From Allobaculum fili (GTDB lineage: Bacteria > Bacillota_I > Bacilli_A > Erysipelotrichales > Erysipelotrichaceae), in contig NZ_JAHDSX010000014.1 in NCBI RefSeq assembly GCF_020969955.1, forward strand, positions 19,651-51,650: 32,000 nt of DNA, read 5' to 3'. The notes beneath the pieces were generated by a model. The model did no database searches. It was not told where the DNA came from and saw nothing but the letters and a program-made list of their open reading frames with translations. Shown here one piece after another: positions 18,717 to 25,997 of this stretch (positions are counted from its first letter, which is position 1; each line of letters begins with the position of its first letter). A program made the position numbers and the translations under genes.

Positions 18717-19283
18717 ATGAGAAAGAAAAAGGCGGACCGCCGCCATATTTGCGAAATTTCAAAAGCCCTGTTTTTGAAAAAGGGCTATCAGGCGGTTACG
18801 ATCGATGAAATCTGCGATCAGGCCGGAATCTCCAAACCGACGTTTTACGCGGCCAGACTGACGAAATCCGATCTTCTCGTCAACGTGTTCTGTCTTGACG
18901 AAAAGGAAATTCATCAAATTGCCAAATCGCCGCTTGGCGCTTTGGAAAAAATTGAAGCCCTTTGCGACAAGCTTTACGCGCGGCTTCTGCTTTCAGGCAA
19001 GAAGATACTGAGCGATCTGCTGGCGGTCTCACTGGAGCGGCCGGTTTTTGAAATCATCATCAGTCCCGAATGGAAAAACTCGATTGTGGATGCTGTTCTC
19101 GATGCACAAAATGCGAAACAGATTCTCAGCACGATTGACCCTCTGCAGCTGACGCAGATTGTGGGCAGCTGGCTTATCGGCCTTTGCATGCAGTTTTCGG
19201 TTTCGCAGATCGAAGGTACGTTTGAAGAGATGCATGAAGGACTTCATGCGCTGCTTCGTCGCAATGGGGAGGCGACTGTATGA
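18717..19283 (+). CDS. TetR/AcrR-family transcriptional regulator (first of a tandem pair)
   Basis: ATG at 18717 follows GAAGGGAG. The HTH is ISKALFLKKGYQAVTIDEICDQAGISKPTFY. Confidence 0.85.
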   Translation: MRKKKADRRHICEISKALFLKKGYQAVTIDEICDQAGISKPTFYAARLTKSDLLVNVFCLDEKEIHQIAKSPLGALEKIEALCDKLYARLLLSGKKILSDLLAVSLERPVFEIIISPEWKNSIVDAVLDAQNAKQILSTIDPLQLTQIVGSWLIGLCMQFSVSQIEGTFEEMHEGLHALLRRNGEATV

Positions 19284-19897
19284 AAATGGAAGAAAAAAGA
19301 GCGGCCCTGATTGCCGCCGGTATCGCCCTGTTCAAGGAAAAAGGCTATGAGAAAGTTTCGGTGGAAGAAATCTGCGCGCGGATCCATGTGACCAAACCGA
19401 CGTTTTATAACCGGATCGGCCGCAAGGAAATGATTCTCATCCACTGGTTCAACGAACAGAGCGTGAATGCTTTGCCCGAAGCCCGGCAGATTCTGGAAGA
19501 AAAGGGTCCGCGCGCTGCTTTTCCTAAGCTCTTCTCCTGCTTTCATCAGATTGCGAACAGGATGGGTCCGGAACTGTATGCGGTCTATTCCAATTACATC
19601 CTTCAAAATCCGGACATCTATCATGTGGACTATGAAAAATGGCTGGATCTGGCCGCAGAATGCATTCGACAGCTGCAGGAAGAAAACGCGATCGAATCCC
19701 GCCAGGATCCGATGTCGCTCGCGTCTCTGCTCATGCAGATCAACGATGGCCTTTGCATCGTCTGGGCCAGTCAGGAAGGAAGTTTCGACTTGCAGGGCGT
19801 CTTCTGCCAGTGGTCGAGCGATCTTCTCGGCTTTCATGAGCCGTTTATCGATCCAAACCCGTCGTATTGTGCCCCGCGCATTTCTGAGCCGAGCTGA
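19280..19897 (+). CDS. TetR/AcrR-family transcriptional regulator (second of a tandem pair)
   Basis: ATGA overlap with the first TetR gene, with SD GGGGAGG. The HTH is AGIALFKEKGYEKVSVEEICARIHVTKPTFY. Confidence 0.85.
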   Translation: MKMEEKRAALIAAGIALFKEKGYEKVSVEEICARIHVTKPTFYNRIGRKEMILIHWFNEQSVNALPEARQILEEKGPRAAFPKLFSCFHQIANRMGPELYAVYSNYILQNPDIYHVDYEKWLDLAAECIRQLQEENAIESRQDPMSLASLLMQINDGLCIVWASQEGSFDLQGVFCQWSSDLLGFHEPFIDPNPSYCAPRISEPS

Positions 19898-19905
19898 CTG
19901 GATTC

Positions 19906-19937
19906 AGCCCGACGGAATCCCGGGGCTTTTTATTTTG
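19906..19937 (+). terminator. Intrinsic terminator after the TetR pair
   Basis: AGCCCG...CGGGGCT forms an imperfect stem followed by TTTTTATTTTG. Confidence 0.55.
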
Positions 19938-20142
19938 CTTTCCCTCCTTTCACGGTTTCAGGAGTTTTCTGCCAAGAGGGACCTGCATGTGGTCTCAGAC
20001 TGCGACGGGTACAGGTACAGACAGCTCCAGACGAATCGGTTTGAATCAGAGAAGCGGTCAGTCCAGAAGCGGGAAGGAACTGCGCAAAAGGAATCAGAGG
20101 AGGGAACACAGTTCGCTTAAATCGTGCTAAGATTTGTCGTAT

Positions 20143-20721
20143 ATGAAAACGCCTCTGAAAAAAACTCTGCTCTTCTGGCTCCTTATTCTTGCCGCCGCTG
20201 TAAGTGCCATTTTATGTACCCGCCAGTCTTCGTCCAGCCCGATCGCGCTGGCCGTTACGCTCGTCCTTCTTGGCTGGTATCTCTATCGCTATGCAGGCAA
20301 TCGGCAAAAATCCGAAGCGCTGCCATCCGTTTTGCCGCAGGGTGCCAAGGATGCACTGGCCAGAGGCGAGATTCCGGCGTATCGCAGCGCTCTGAAATGC
20401 AAACCTGGAGAAACCCTGTACTGGGCGGATGCGATGCGTGTCGATTATGAAGGGGCGAAAGTGCACATTATTTATCTGACCGATCAGAGCCTGACCTGTC
20501 TGGATGAGGATTTCGCCTTTTCCTATCCGCTGAATCGTCTTGAACTGCGCCAGAACGGGGAACGCCTGAGCGTAAAAAAGGAAAAGACGACACTCATTTT
20601 TCGCGTGGCCAGTCCGGAAGCGTTCAGACAGGCGCTCGCTCTGATTGAAGGCGGACAGACATCTCTTCCATCGGCAGACCAGAAAACAGGAATGCCCGAT
20701 AAGGCGGAAACGAAACAATAG
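20143..20721 (+). CDS. Hypothetical membrane protein: two N-terminal TM helices plus a bacterial PH-like (YokE/bPH-type) domain
   Basis: The hydrophobic segments are LLFWLLILAAAVSAILC and IALAVTLVLLGWYLY. The C-terminal part (PGETLYWADAM...IIYLTDQSLTCLDEDFAFSYPLNRLELRQNG...LIFRV) has the bPH pattern, judged from memory. ATG at 20143 has no SD, and the ORF-track start at 20134 is a TTG. Confidence 0.6.
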   Translation: MKTPLKKTLLFWLLILAAAVSAILCTRQSSSSPIALAVTLVLLGWYLYRYAGNRQKSEALPSVLPQGAKDALARGEIPAYRSALKCKPGETLYWADAMRVDYEGAKVHIIYLTDQSLTCLDEDFAFSYPLNRLELRQNGERLSVKKEKTTLIFRVASPEAFRQALALIEGGQTSLPSADQKTGMPDKAETKQ

Positions 20722-20754
20722 AAAAGACAGAACGATACAGGCAAAGGAGAACGC

Positions 20755-21207
20755 ATGCAAGTAGAAGTCACCCGTATTTTTGAAACGCCCGGCGATGTCC
20801 TCTACGATTTTCTCATGGAAAAAATTGCCCGTCAGATCTCGGAGCAGTATGGCGTACGCATCGAACCGGAAGATCTGACGTCCGGCTATGCTCTGAAAAC
20901 CCGTCTGCTTGACGATCGAAGAGGGCCCGTTTTGCGTCTGCGCATACTGCAGGCGGTTCGTGGAGAGTCCTTTAAACTGGTCACCCTGCTCGAAGGACAG
21001 AAAATCTCCAATGACTATCGTCTGGACGCGGACGGATCCAGTACGAAGCTCACCATTCGCCAGACGGTGGAATCCAACGATTTTTCCGGTGAGAAAGAAG
21101 GACTGAAAGCCCGCCTGGAAAAGCGGCGGCGGATTGCCCGGCTGGCCGCCATGCTCTCAAGCCTGAATGCGGACCTGACTAAAGCAAATCGCGATCAGAA
21201 ACGCTAG
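20755..21207 (+). CDS. Hypothetical small protein, DUF3284/SRPBCC-like
   Basis: A strong SD (AAAGGAGA) sits 6 nt upstream of the ATG. It is 150 aa, with an alternating beta pattern and a C-terminal helix. The resemblance to DUF3284 proteins of cellobiose-PTS loci is from memory only. Confidence 0.6.
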   Translation: MQVEVTRIFETPGDVLYDFLMEKIARQISEQYGVRIEPEDLTSGYALKTRLLDDRRGPVLRLRILQAVRGESFKLVTLLEGQKISNDYRLDADGSSTKLTIRQTVESNDFSGEKEGLKARLEKRRRIARLAAMLSSLNADLTKANRDQKR

Positions 21208-21432
21208 TCGGACCTTTGTCCTGCTTTCTGGCTTTCGTGAGCGTGATTCTAAAAAGAACACAATGCCAACGCGTAGAATGAGGACAGAACCTGTGGATGT
21301 TTCAGACGGTTTATGGCTTTTTCTGCCTGCTGTACTAAATAACGATCGCCGCTGGAACGGGAAGGCGGTTCAGCTGCCTGTCCAATGGAGCAGCCGGATG
21401 ACCAGTAAAGATTAGAATTTGGAGGATGGCCT

Positions 21433-22617
21433 ATGCAAGATTTCCCCTATCCAGGAAAATTCACGTTTGTGGACGTGGAAATTCCAAACCTGAACAATGA
21501 CTGTATTTGTGCCATCAGCATCATCGTTGTGGAAAATCATAAGGAAACGGAACGCCATACCGAACTGATCAATCCGAAAACGTTCTTTTCCGCACAGAAC
21601 ATTCAGATTCACCACATTTTGCGCAAGGACGTTCTAAACGCCCGTTCGCTGGAAGAATACTGGAAAGACTACGGCCGCTATTTTGAAGAGCCGTATATTC
21701 TCGTCGCTCACAATACGAACAGCGACATGTGCGTCATCAATAAGGATCTCTCCCGCTTCCATGAAAAAATCCACGCTTCCTACTACATCGATACGATGGA
21801 TATCATGGAGCAGTTTTACTACCGCAAAAAGCAGAAAAAAGGGGATCTGCGCCTCAACCATATTGCCGAGCGTCTTGGCATTGAAATCGATCATCACAAT
21901 CCGGAAAGCGACGTCAACGTCTGCTTTGAAATTCTGAAGTACATGTACCGCTATTTCGATATGGATCTGATGCCCTTTATCAAGCCGATCCCGGAATATC
22001 GGCCAAAACCGCCAAAACCCTCGCATAAGCCGTCCCGCAATCAGATGAGTCAGTTTCTGACGTATACGCGCCGGCAGATTTCTCAAAACGGGGAAAATGC
22101 GCAGATCTCGAAAAAGAAAGCCAAGGCCAGAGGCGATCAGGCGTTTCGTGCCCAGGATTATGAAGGCATCATTTTCAACTATGAACTCGCCATCGCCAAA
22201 GAATCGCTCGCTCCCTCGGTTTACATGCGGCTTGCCCAGACCTACGAAGGATTGAACATGCAATACGATGCCATTCGGGTTTTAAACCGCGGCATTAAGC
22301 TGCTGCAGGGTCATGGGGTGAACTGGTACGGCTTAAAAGGCGTCCAGCAGAAAATCATTCAGATGCAGACATCCAAGCTTGAAAAGCAGAAAGCCAGATC
22401 CAGCCGTAAGCTCAAGGAACAGGTTCGGGTACACAATCCAGGTGGAGCGACGGATCCGCAGATGCCTGCCGCAAAAGTCAGCCTCGCTTCTGCATCAAAA
22501 AAGCAGAATGCAAAACCGGCAAGACGAAAAGAAGAGAGCGGATCTGGTTTTCGGACGATGCTCAAACGGCGAAACAAAGAGCGCGCCAGTCAGACCAAAG
22601 GGACAGTTTCGCGCTGA
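21433..22617 (+). CDS. DEDDh (DnaQ-like) 3'-5' exonuclease fused to a TPR-like region and a basic disordered tail
   Basis: SD GGAGGA upstream. The exonuclease motifs are Exo I FVDVEI, Exo II LVAHNTNSDMCVI and Exo III HHNPESDVNVC. These are followed by a Pro/Lys linker, TPR-like helices (AKARGDQAFRAQDYEGIIFNYELAI...YMRLAQTYEGLNMQYDAIRVLNRGI) and a Lys/Arg/Ser tail. Confidence 0.8.
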   Translation: MQDFPYPGKFTFVDVEIPNLNNDCICAISIIVVENHKETERHTELINPKTFFSAQNIQIHHILRKDVLNARSLEEYWKDYGRYFEEPYILVAHNTNSDMCVINKDLSRFHEKIHASYYIDTMDIMEQFYYRKKQKKGDLRLNHIAERLGIEIDHHNPESDVNVCFEILKYMYRYFDMDLMPFIKPIPEYRPKPPKPSHKPSRNQMSQFLTYTRRQISQNGENAQISKKKAKARGDQAFRAQDYEGIIFNYELAIAKESLAPSVYMRLAQTYEGLNMQYDAIRVLNRGIKLLQGHGVNWYGLKGVQQKIIQMQTSKLEKQKARSSRKLKEQVRVHNPGGATDPQMPAAKVSLASASKKQNAKPARRKEESGSGFRTMLKRRNKERASQTKGTVSR

Positions 22618-22820
22618 GCGGATTTTTTCTGGGGATTTTCTTCAAATTTTCTTTTCCTGTCTTTTCAATTCATACAGTTTTTCGATAAGCGTACCAAGAC
22701 TATGGGAACGGTGCTTTACAGCCCGCTCCCTTTCTTTCGTCAGGGGAAGAAAAGAACAGATCCGCCGGAAATCCTGCCGCTGGATTTGATGGAGCATTGA
22801 GACCTGTGAATGCTGATAAT

Positions 22821-22853
22821 TTTTGAAACATGCAACCGACTCATGTTTCAAAA
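22821..22853. repeat. 12-bp perfect inverted repeat with a 9-bp spacer
   Basis: TTTTGAAACATG (22821-22832), spacer caaccgact, then CATGTTTCAAAA (22842-22853). Confidence 0.75.
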
Positions 22854-23056
22854 TACGTAAAAATCGCCTGAATCAACGGAATTTTAAAGGAAAATCGTCC
22901 GAATTCATTGAAAATGGCAGAAGCAATATTGCGTAACCTGTTGCTTAATTTACAATTCTCATTGGCTTTTTTCGATGCTGTTTAATGACACGCGTAATCT
23001 GAATTTGACAGACAAATAAATTGTATTTCTGAATATTCGTGTCATATTTAATGGTT

Positions 23057-23070
23057 TTGAAACGTTTCAA
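23057..23070. promoter_or_regulatory. 14-bp perfect palindrome TTGAAACGTTTCAA (candidate operator)
   Basis: The palindrome is perfect and shares the TTGAAAC half-site with the repeat at 22821-22853. It lies in the A/T-rich region upstream of the GntR gene. Confidence 0.45.
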
Positions 23071-23154
23071 TAGCAACACTATTTCTGCTGTTAAATTTCA
23101 AATCGTCTTTCAATTAAATACATTTGTCCGTTATAAATGGACAGAATACCCGCT

Positions 23155-23177
23155 GTCAAATAATCCTACTATTTGAC
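23155..23177. promoter_or_regulatory. Inverted repeat GTCAAATA-N7-TATTTGAC (candidate GntR-type GT...AC operator)
   Basis: Perfect 8-bp arms. It lies about 80 bp upstream of the putative gntR -35. Confidence 0.4.
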
Positions 23178-23258
23178 TAGACATATATTCATACAAGATA
23201 ATTCTATCCAATATGTGTTTAACTTATAAATAATATGAGTTTCCTTCACCAGAACCCT

Positions 23259-23286
23259 TTGTAGGAAATCAAATGATGGGTATACT
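23259..23286 (+). promoter_or_regulatory. Putative sigma-A promoter of the GntR gene
   Basis: TTGTAG (23259-23264), a 16-nt spacer, then TATACT (23281-23286). It sits 42 nt upstream of the ATG at 23328. Confidence 0.5.
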
Positions 23287-23327
23287 ACTTATAGCAATAT
23301 GACGAAATCTGTGAAAAGGTAACCGCT

Positions 23328-24041
23328 ATGAAAAAAAAGTACATGATGATTTATGAGGATGTTAAAGGCCGTATTTTAAGTGGAGAATACGAAGTAGGCG
23401 CTCAGATTCCGGATGAAAAAACGGTCTGCCAGAACTTTGGCTGTTCCCGCATGACCGTAAAAAAAGCCTATGACATGCTGGTGATGGAAGGACTGATCTA
23501 TCGCAAGCAGGGACAGGGAAGCTTTGTTCTTTCCAGTAAAATCAATCGTCCGGAAGTAGAAATCCAGGAGAGAGAACTCGTTGGATTTACTAAGGCAACC
23601 AATGGAGAAGGAACCTCCAAAGTCCTTCGTTTCCAGCTGATGTTCGCCACGGAAAAGATCGCCAAGGCCCTGAACATCCATGTGAATGATCCCGTTTATG
23701 ATATTTGCCGTGTCCGTCTGCTCAATGATCGCCCCTACGTAATTGAACAGACGTATATGTCTCCGGCTGTAATTCCAGGCCTGACTCTCGACATCCTGAA
23801 CCATTCGATCTATTCGTATATCGAAAACGATTTAGGCCTTCGGATCGGCGCTGCGCAGAAAACGACCAGCGCGGATATTTCCAATGAGACAGACCATAAG
23901 GAACTCGGCCTTTCCGAAGTGGAACCGGTTCTTGTAGTGGAGCAGATCGCTTTTCTGGATAATGGCGTACCTTTTGAATATTCCATTTCCAGACACCGCT
24001 ACGATCTTTTCCGTTTCTCCGTCTACTCCATTCGCAGATAG
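23328..24041 (+). CDS. GntR-family (HutC subfamily, UTRA domain) transcriptional regulator
   Basis: The winged HTH is IPDEKTVCQNFGCSRMTVKKAYDMLVMEGLIYRKQGQGSFV, followed by a C-terminal UTRA-like beta-rich domain of about 150 aa. Confidence 0.88.
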   Translation: MKKKYMMIYEDVKGRILSGEYEVGAQIPDEKTVCQNFGCSRMTVKKAYDMLVMEGLIYRKQGQGSFVLSSKINRPEVEIQERELVGFTKATNGEGTSKVLRFQLMFATEKIAKALNIHVNDPVYDICRVRLLNDRPYVIEQTYMSPAVIPGLTLDILNHSIYSYIENDLGLRIGAAQKTTSADISNETDHKELGLSEVEPVLVVEQIAFLDNGVPFEYSISRHRYDLFRFSVYSIRR

Positions 24042-24092
24042 ACGATCTGGCTGATATTGTTCTTTTGTAAAGAATTGATGATTTGAAATCCG

Positions 24093-24122
24093 ACGATCAT
24101 GTGTTTTGCATGATCGTTTTGC
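24093..24122 (+). terminator. Intrinsic terminator after the GntR gene
   Basis: ACGATCATG-TGTTTTG-CATGATCGT forms a perfect 9-bp stem followed by TTTGCTT. Confidence 0.7.
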
Positions 24123-24155
24123 TTAACGAGCGAAAAAGGAAGATGAGGATTCGCC

Positions 24156-24491
24156 ATGAATGAATTCGAACAGATCTGCTTTGAAATGATCGCATCAAGC
24201 GGAAGCGCCAAGACGTTTTACATGAGTGCTCTTAAAGAAGCCAAGGATGGCCGGTTTGCCCAGGCAGAACATACGATGGAAGCGGGGGATGAAGCGCTTC
24301 TCGAAGCACAGAAAGCTCATTCCCGTCTGCTTTCCAAGGAAGCCGGCGGAGCCCGGTATGAATTCAGTCTGCTTCTGATGCATGCCGAAGATCAGATGAT
24401 GACCGCCGAAACTTTCCGTCTGTTTGTCAGCGAACTGCTGGATCTGTACGCAAGGCTTCAGATCCGTTCTTCCTGGAGCGAGATGGACTAA
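24156..24491 (+). CDS. PTS lactose/cellobiose-family EIIA component (orphan)
   Basis: It reads ICFEMIASSGSAKTFYMSALKEAKDGRFAQAE...LLLMHAEDQMMTAE, with the conserved His in the MHAEDQ context. At 111 aa it has the typical EIIA(Lac/Cel) size. Confidence 0.85.
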   Translation: MNEFEQICFEMIASSGSAKTFYMSALKEAKDGRFAQAEHTMEAGDEALLEAQKAHSRLLSKEAGGARYEFSLLLMHAEDQMMTAETFRLFVSELLDLYARLQIRSSWSEMD

Positions 24492-24518
24492 ACAAGACTA
24501 TTGATCTCTCTCTGATAC

Positions 24519-24556
24519 GTCGCAGCAGTCTGGTTCTTCTGCGACATTTTCTTTTC
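24519..24556 (+). terminator. Intrinsic terminator after the EIIA gene
   Basis: GTCGCAG, a 13-nt loop, then CTGCGAC, followed by ATTTTCTTTTC. Confidence 0.55.
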
Positions 24557-24593
24557 TCTTCTGATTCAAAAAGGGGGTAAAGCTAGAAATTTT

Positions 24594-24831
24594 AGGCAAA
24601 CTCAGTAAGAATGCAGTCATGAATGCCGACAGCTCAGAAGTTTATACAGAATCCTCAAATCGTTTGCCTCTGCTTTTCGACAGATCGGCGCAAGTGTCGA
24701 ATGCTCCTGCAGGCGGCGCAGGGGTAAGACACTCGACTATCCTGTTACTATAGAAAACGAACAAGAAAGGCAGTGCTTTTTCCATCCCGTACTCTTTTCA
24801 CGCACCCGCCTGCAGGGCTCTTTTCTTTTTG
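24594..24831 (+). ncRNA. Candidate structured RNA (unclassified leader, attenuator or sRNA) upstream of the patatin gene
   Basis: No ORF of 60 aa or more on either strand. Helix 1 pairs AGGCAAAC (24594-24601) with GTTTGCCT (24662-24669). A local hairpin pairs TTCGACA with TGTCGAA (24676-24701). Helix 2 pairs CCTGCAGGCGG (24706-24716) with CCGCCTGCAGG (24806-24816) and is followed by GCTCTTTTCTTTTTG. Confidence 0.3.
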
Positions 24832-24944
24832 TCCCGAAAATCGTGGCAGCCCAACGAAAGGGGCTTAGGCTGAGCCGGCAGAGGACTTTCTTTTTGAAAA
24901 GCGGCTGCGTGAGAAAAAAGCAGACTCATTTCAAAGGAGCGTAC

Positions 24945-25874
24945 ATGCAATCGTTTCATCTTACCCCTGCTATCCCTTCAAAATTGCCGGAATACACCCT
25001 CTGTAAAGGCCTTTGCCTGATTGATGTGGGCGGAGGACTGCGCGGTGTGTATGCTGCCGGCGTTCTGGACGGTCTTCTTGATCGCGGAATCATGGCCGAG
25101 CTGAACATCGGCGTTTCCGCCGGCGCAGCCAACCTGGCGACTTATATTGCCGGACAGAAAACACGAACGTACACGTACTATCACGACTATTCGTTTCGAA
25201 AAGAATATGCTTCCCTGCAAAACTTCATTTTTCGAAAATCGTTTTTTGATCTGGACTACATCTATTCGGACTTAAGCAATTCCGACGGCGAATATCCGCT
25301 CGATGCGCCGGCTCTTCTTCAAAATCCCGCCAAACTGATTACCGTAGCGACGAACGCGCTGAGCGGGCGGCCAGCATACTTTACAAAGAAACACCTTACG
25401 CAGGATGAGTATTCCATTTTCAAGGCGTCCTGCGCTGTCCCGCTGATCTGTCATGCCTATACAGCCTTTGGCGTTCCGTGTTGTGACGGTACCGTTTCGG
25501 ATCCGATTCCAGTCGATAAGGCGCTGGAAATGGGGGCAGAGAAGATCGTCATTCTGCTTCCGCGCAAAGCGTCCAATATCGAAGAAGACGAATCGGAAAG
25601 CCCAATGAATCGTCTTCTGGCTTACACCCGCTATGGAACGCATTTTCCCGCTGTGCTTGATGCGCTCAAGAAGCGTCCGCACGTCAATAATGCGTCGATG
25701 CGAAAAGCCAGAGAGCTGGAAGAGCAGGGGAAAGCGCTCATCCTTTCTCCCGAAACGCTCCATCATGTAGAGTCTCTTATGGGAACACCGGAAGCCATCG
25801 ACGCCCTCTATAAAGAAGGCGTTGCGGACGCGGCAAAGATTGAAGCGTTCCTGCAGGAAGATCCGGTAAAATAG
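24945..25874 (+). CDS. Patatin-like phospholipase
   Basis: ATG at 24945 follows AAAGGAG. It has the oxyanion motif GGGLRG, the nucleophile elbow GVSAG and the catalytic Asp in CCDGTVSD. The ORF-track GTG at 24843 has no SD. Confidence 0.85.
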   Translation: MQSFHLTPAIPSKLPEYTLCKGLCLIDVGGGLRGVYAAGVLDGLLDRGIMAELNIGVSAGAANLATYIAGQKTRTYTYYHDYSFRKEYASLQNFIFRKSFFDLDYIYSDLSNSDGEYPLDAPALLQNPAKLITVATNALSGRPAYFTKKHLTQDEYSIFKASCAVPLICHAYTAFGVPCCDGTVSDPIPVDKALEMGAEKIVILLPRKASNIEEDESESPMNRLLAYTRYGTHFPAVLDALKKRPHVNNASMRKARELEEQGKALILSPETLHHVESLMGTPEAIDALYKEGVADAAKIEAFLQEDPVK

Positions 25875-25997
25875 AGGAAACCCTATTCGCAAAACGAATC
25901 TGGAAATTGATGTAAAATTCTATCCATCCTCTATTCCTGCAGACCGGCCCCAAAAGCGGTCTAATGCAAGAGGATTTTATAAAGGAGCTGAACACGT

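Noticed and set aside
22642-22851. A 69-aa minus-strand ORF in the A/T-rich region.
   Set aside because: Its start is a TTG embedded in the 12-bp inverted repeat, with no SD. The first ATG is 18 codons in, and the C-terminal part is the complement of a poly-pyrimidine terminator tract. It has no recognisable motif. A gene remnant cannot be excluded.
23057-23070. TTGAAACGTTTCAA as a CcpA catabolite-responsive element (cre).
   Set aside because: With the central CG aligned, the outer positions are shifted by one relative to TGWAANCGNTNWCA (mismatches at positions 2, 3, 12 and 13). It is not a canonical cre, so I kept it only as a generic operator candidate.
23328-23341. An A8 homopolymer immediately after the gntR start codon, as a phase-variation tract.
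   Set aside because: It simply encodes Lys-Lys-Lys. Eight A residues is short for efficient slippage, and there is no supporting evidence. I noted it only.
24611-24785. Small ORFs inside the ORF-free region: a plus-strand 44-aa ORF from ATG 24619 and a minus-strand 47-aa ORF from 24785 (MEKALPFLFVFY...), considered as possible type I toxins.
   Set aside because: Neither has a convincing SD, and neither is long or hydrophobic enough for a membrane toxin. RNA structure explains the region better.
24700-24831. A ZTP (pfl) riboswitch, suggested by CCGCCTGCAGGG resembling the CCGCCUGGG 3' element.
   Set aside because: The upstream conserved core (GACUGGCG...ACCGGGG) is not present, the 3' element has an extra CA, and the downstream gene (patatin) is not a purine or folate gene.
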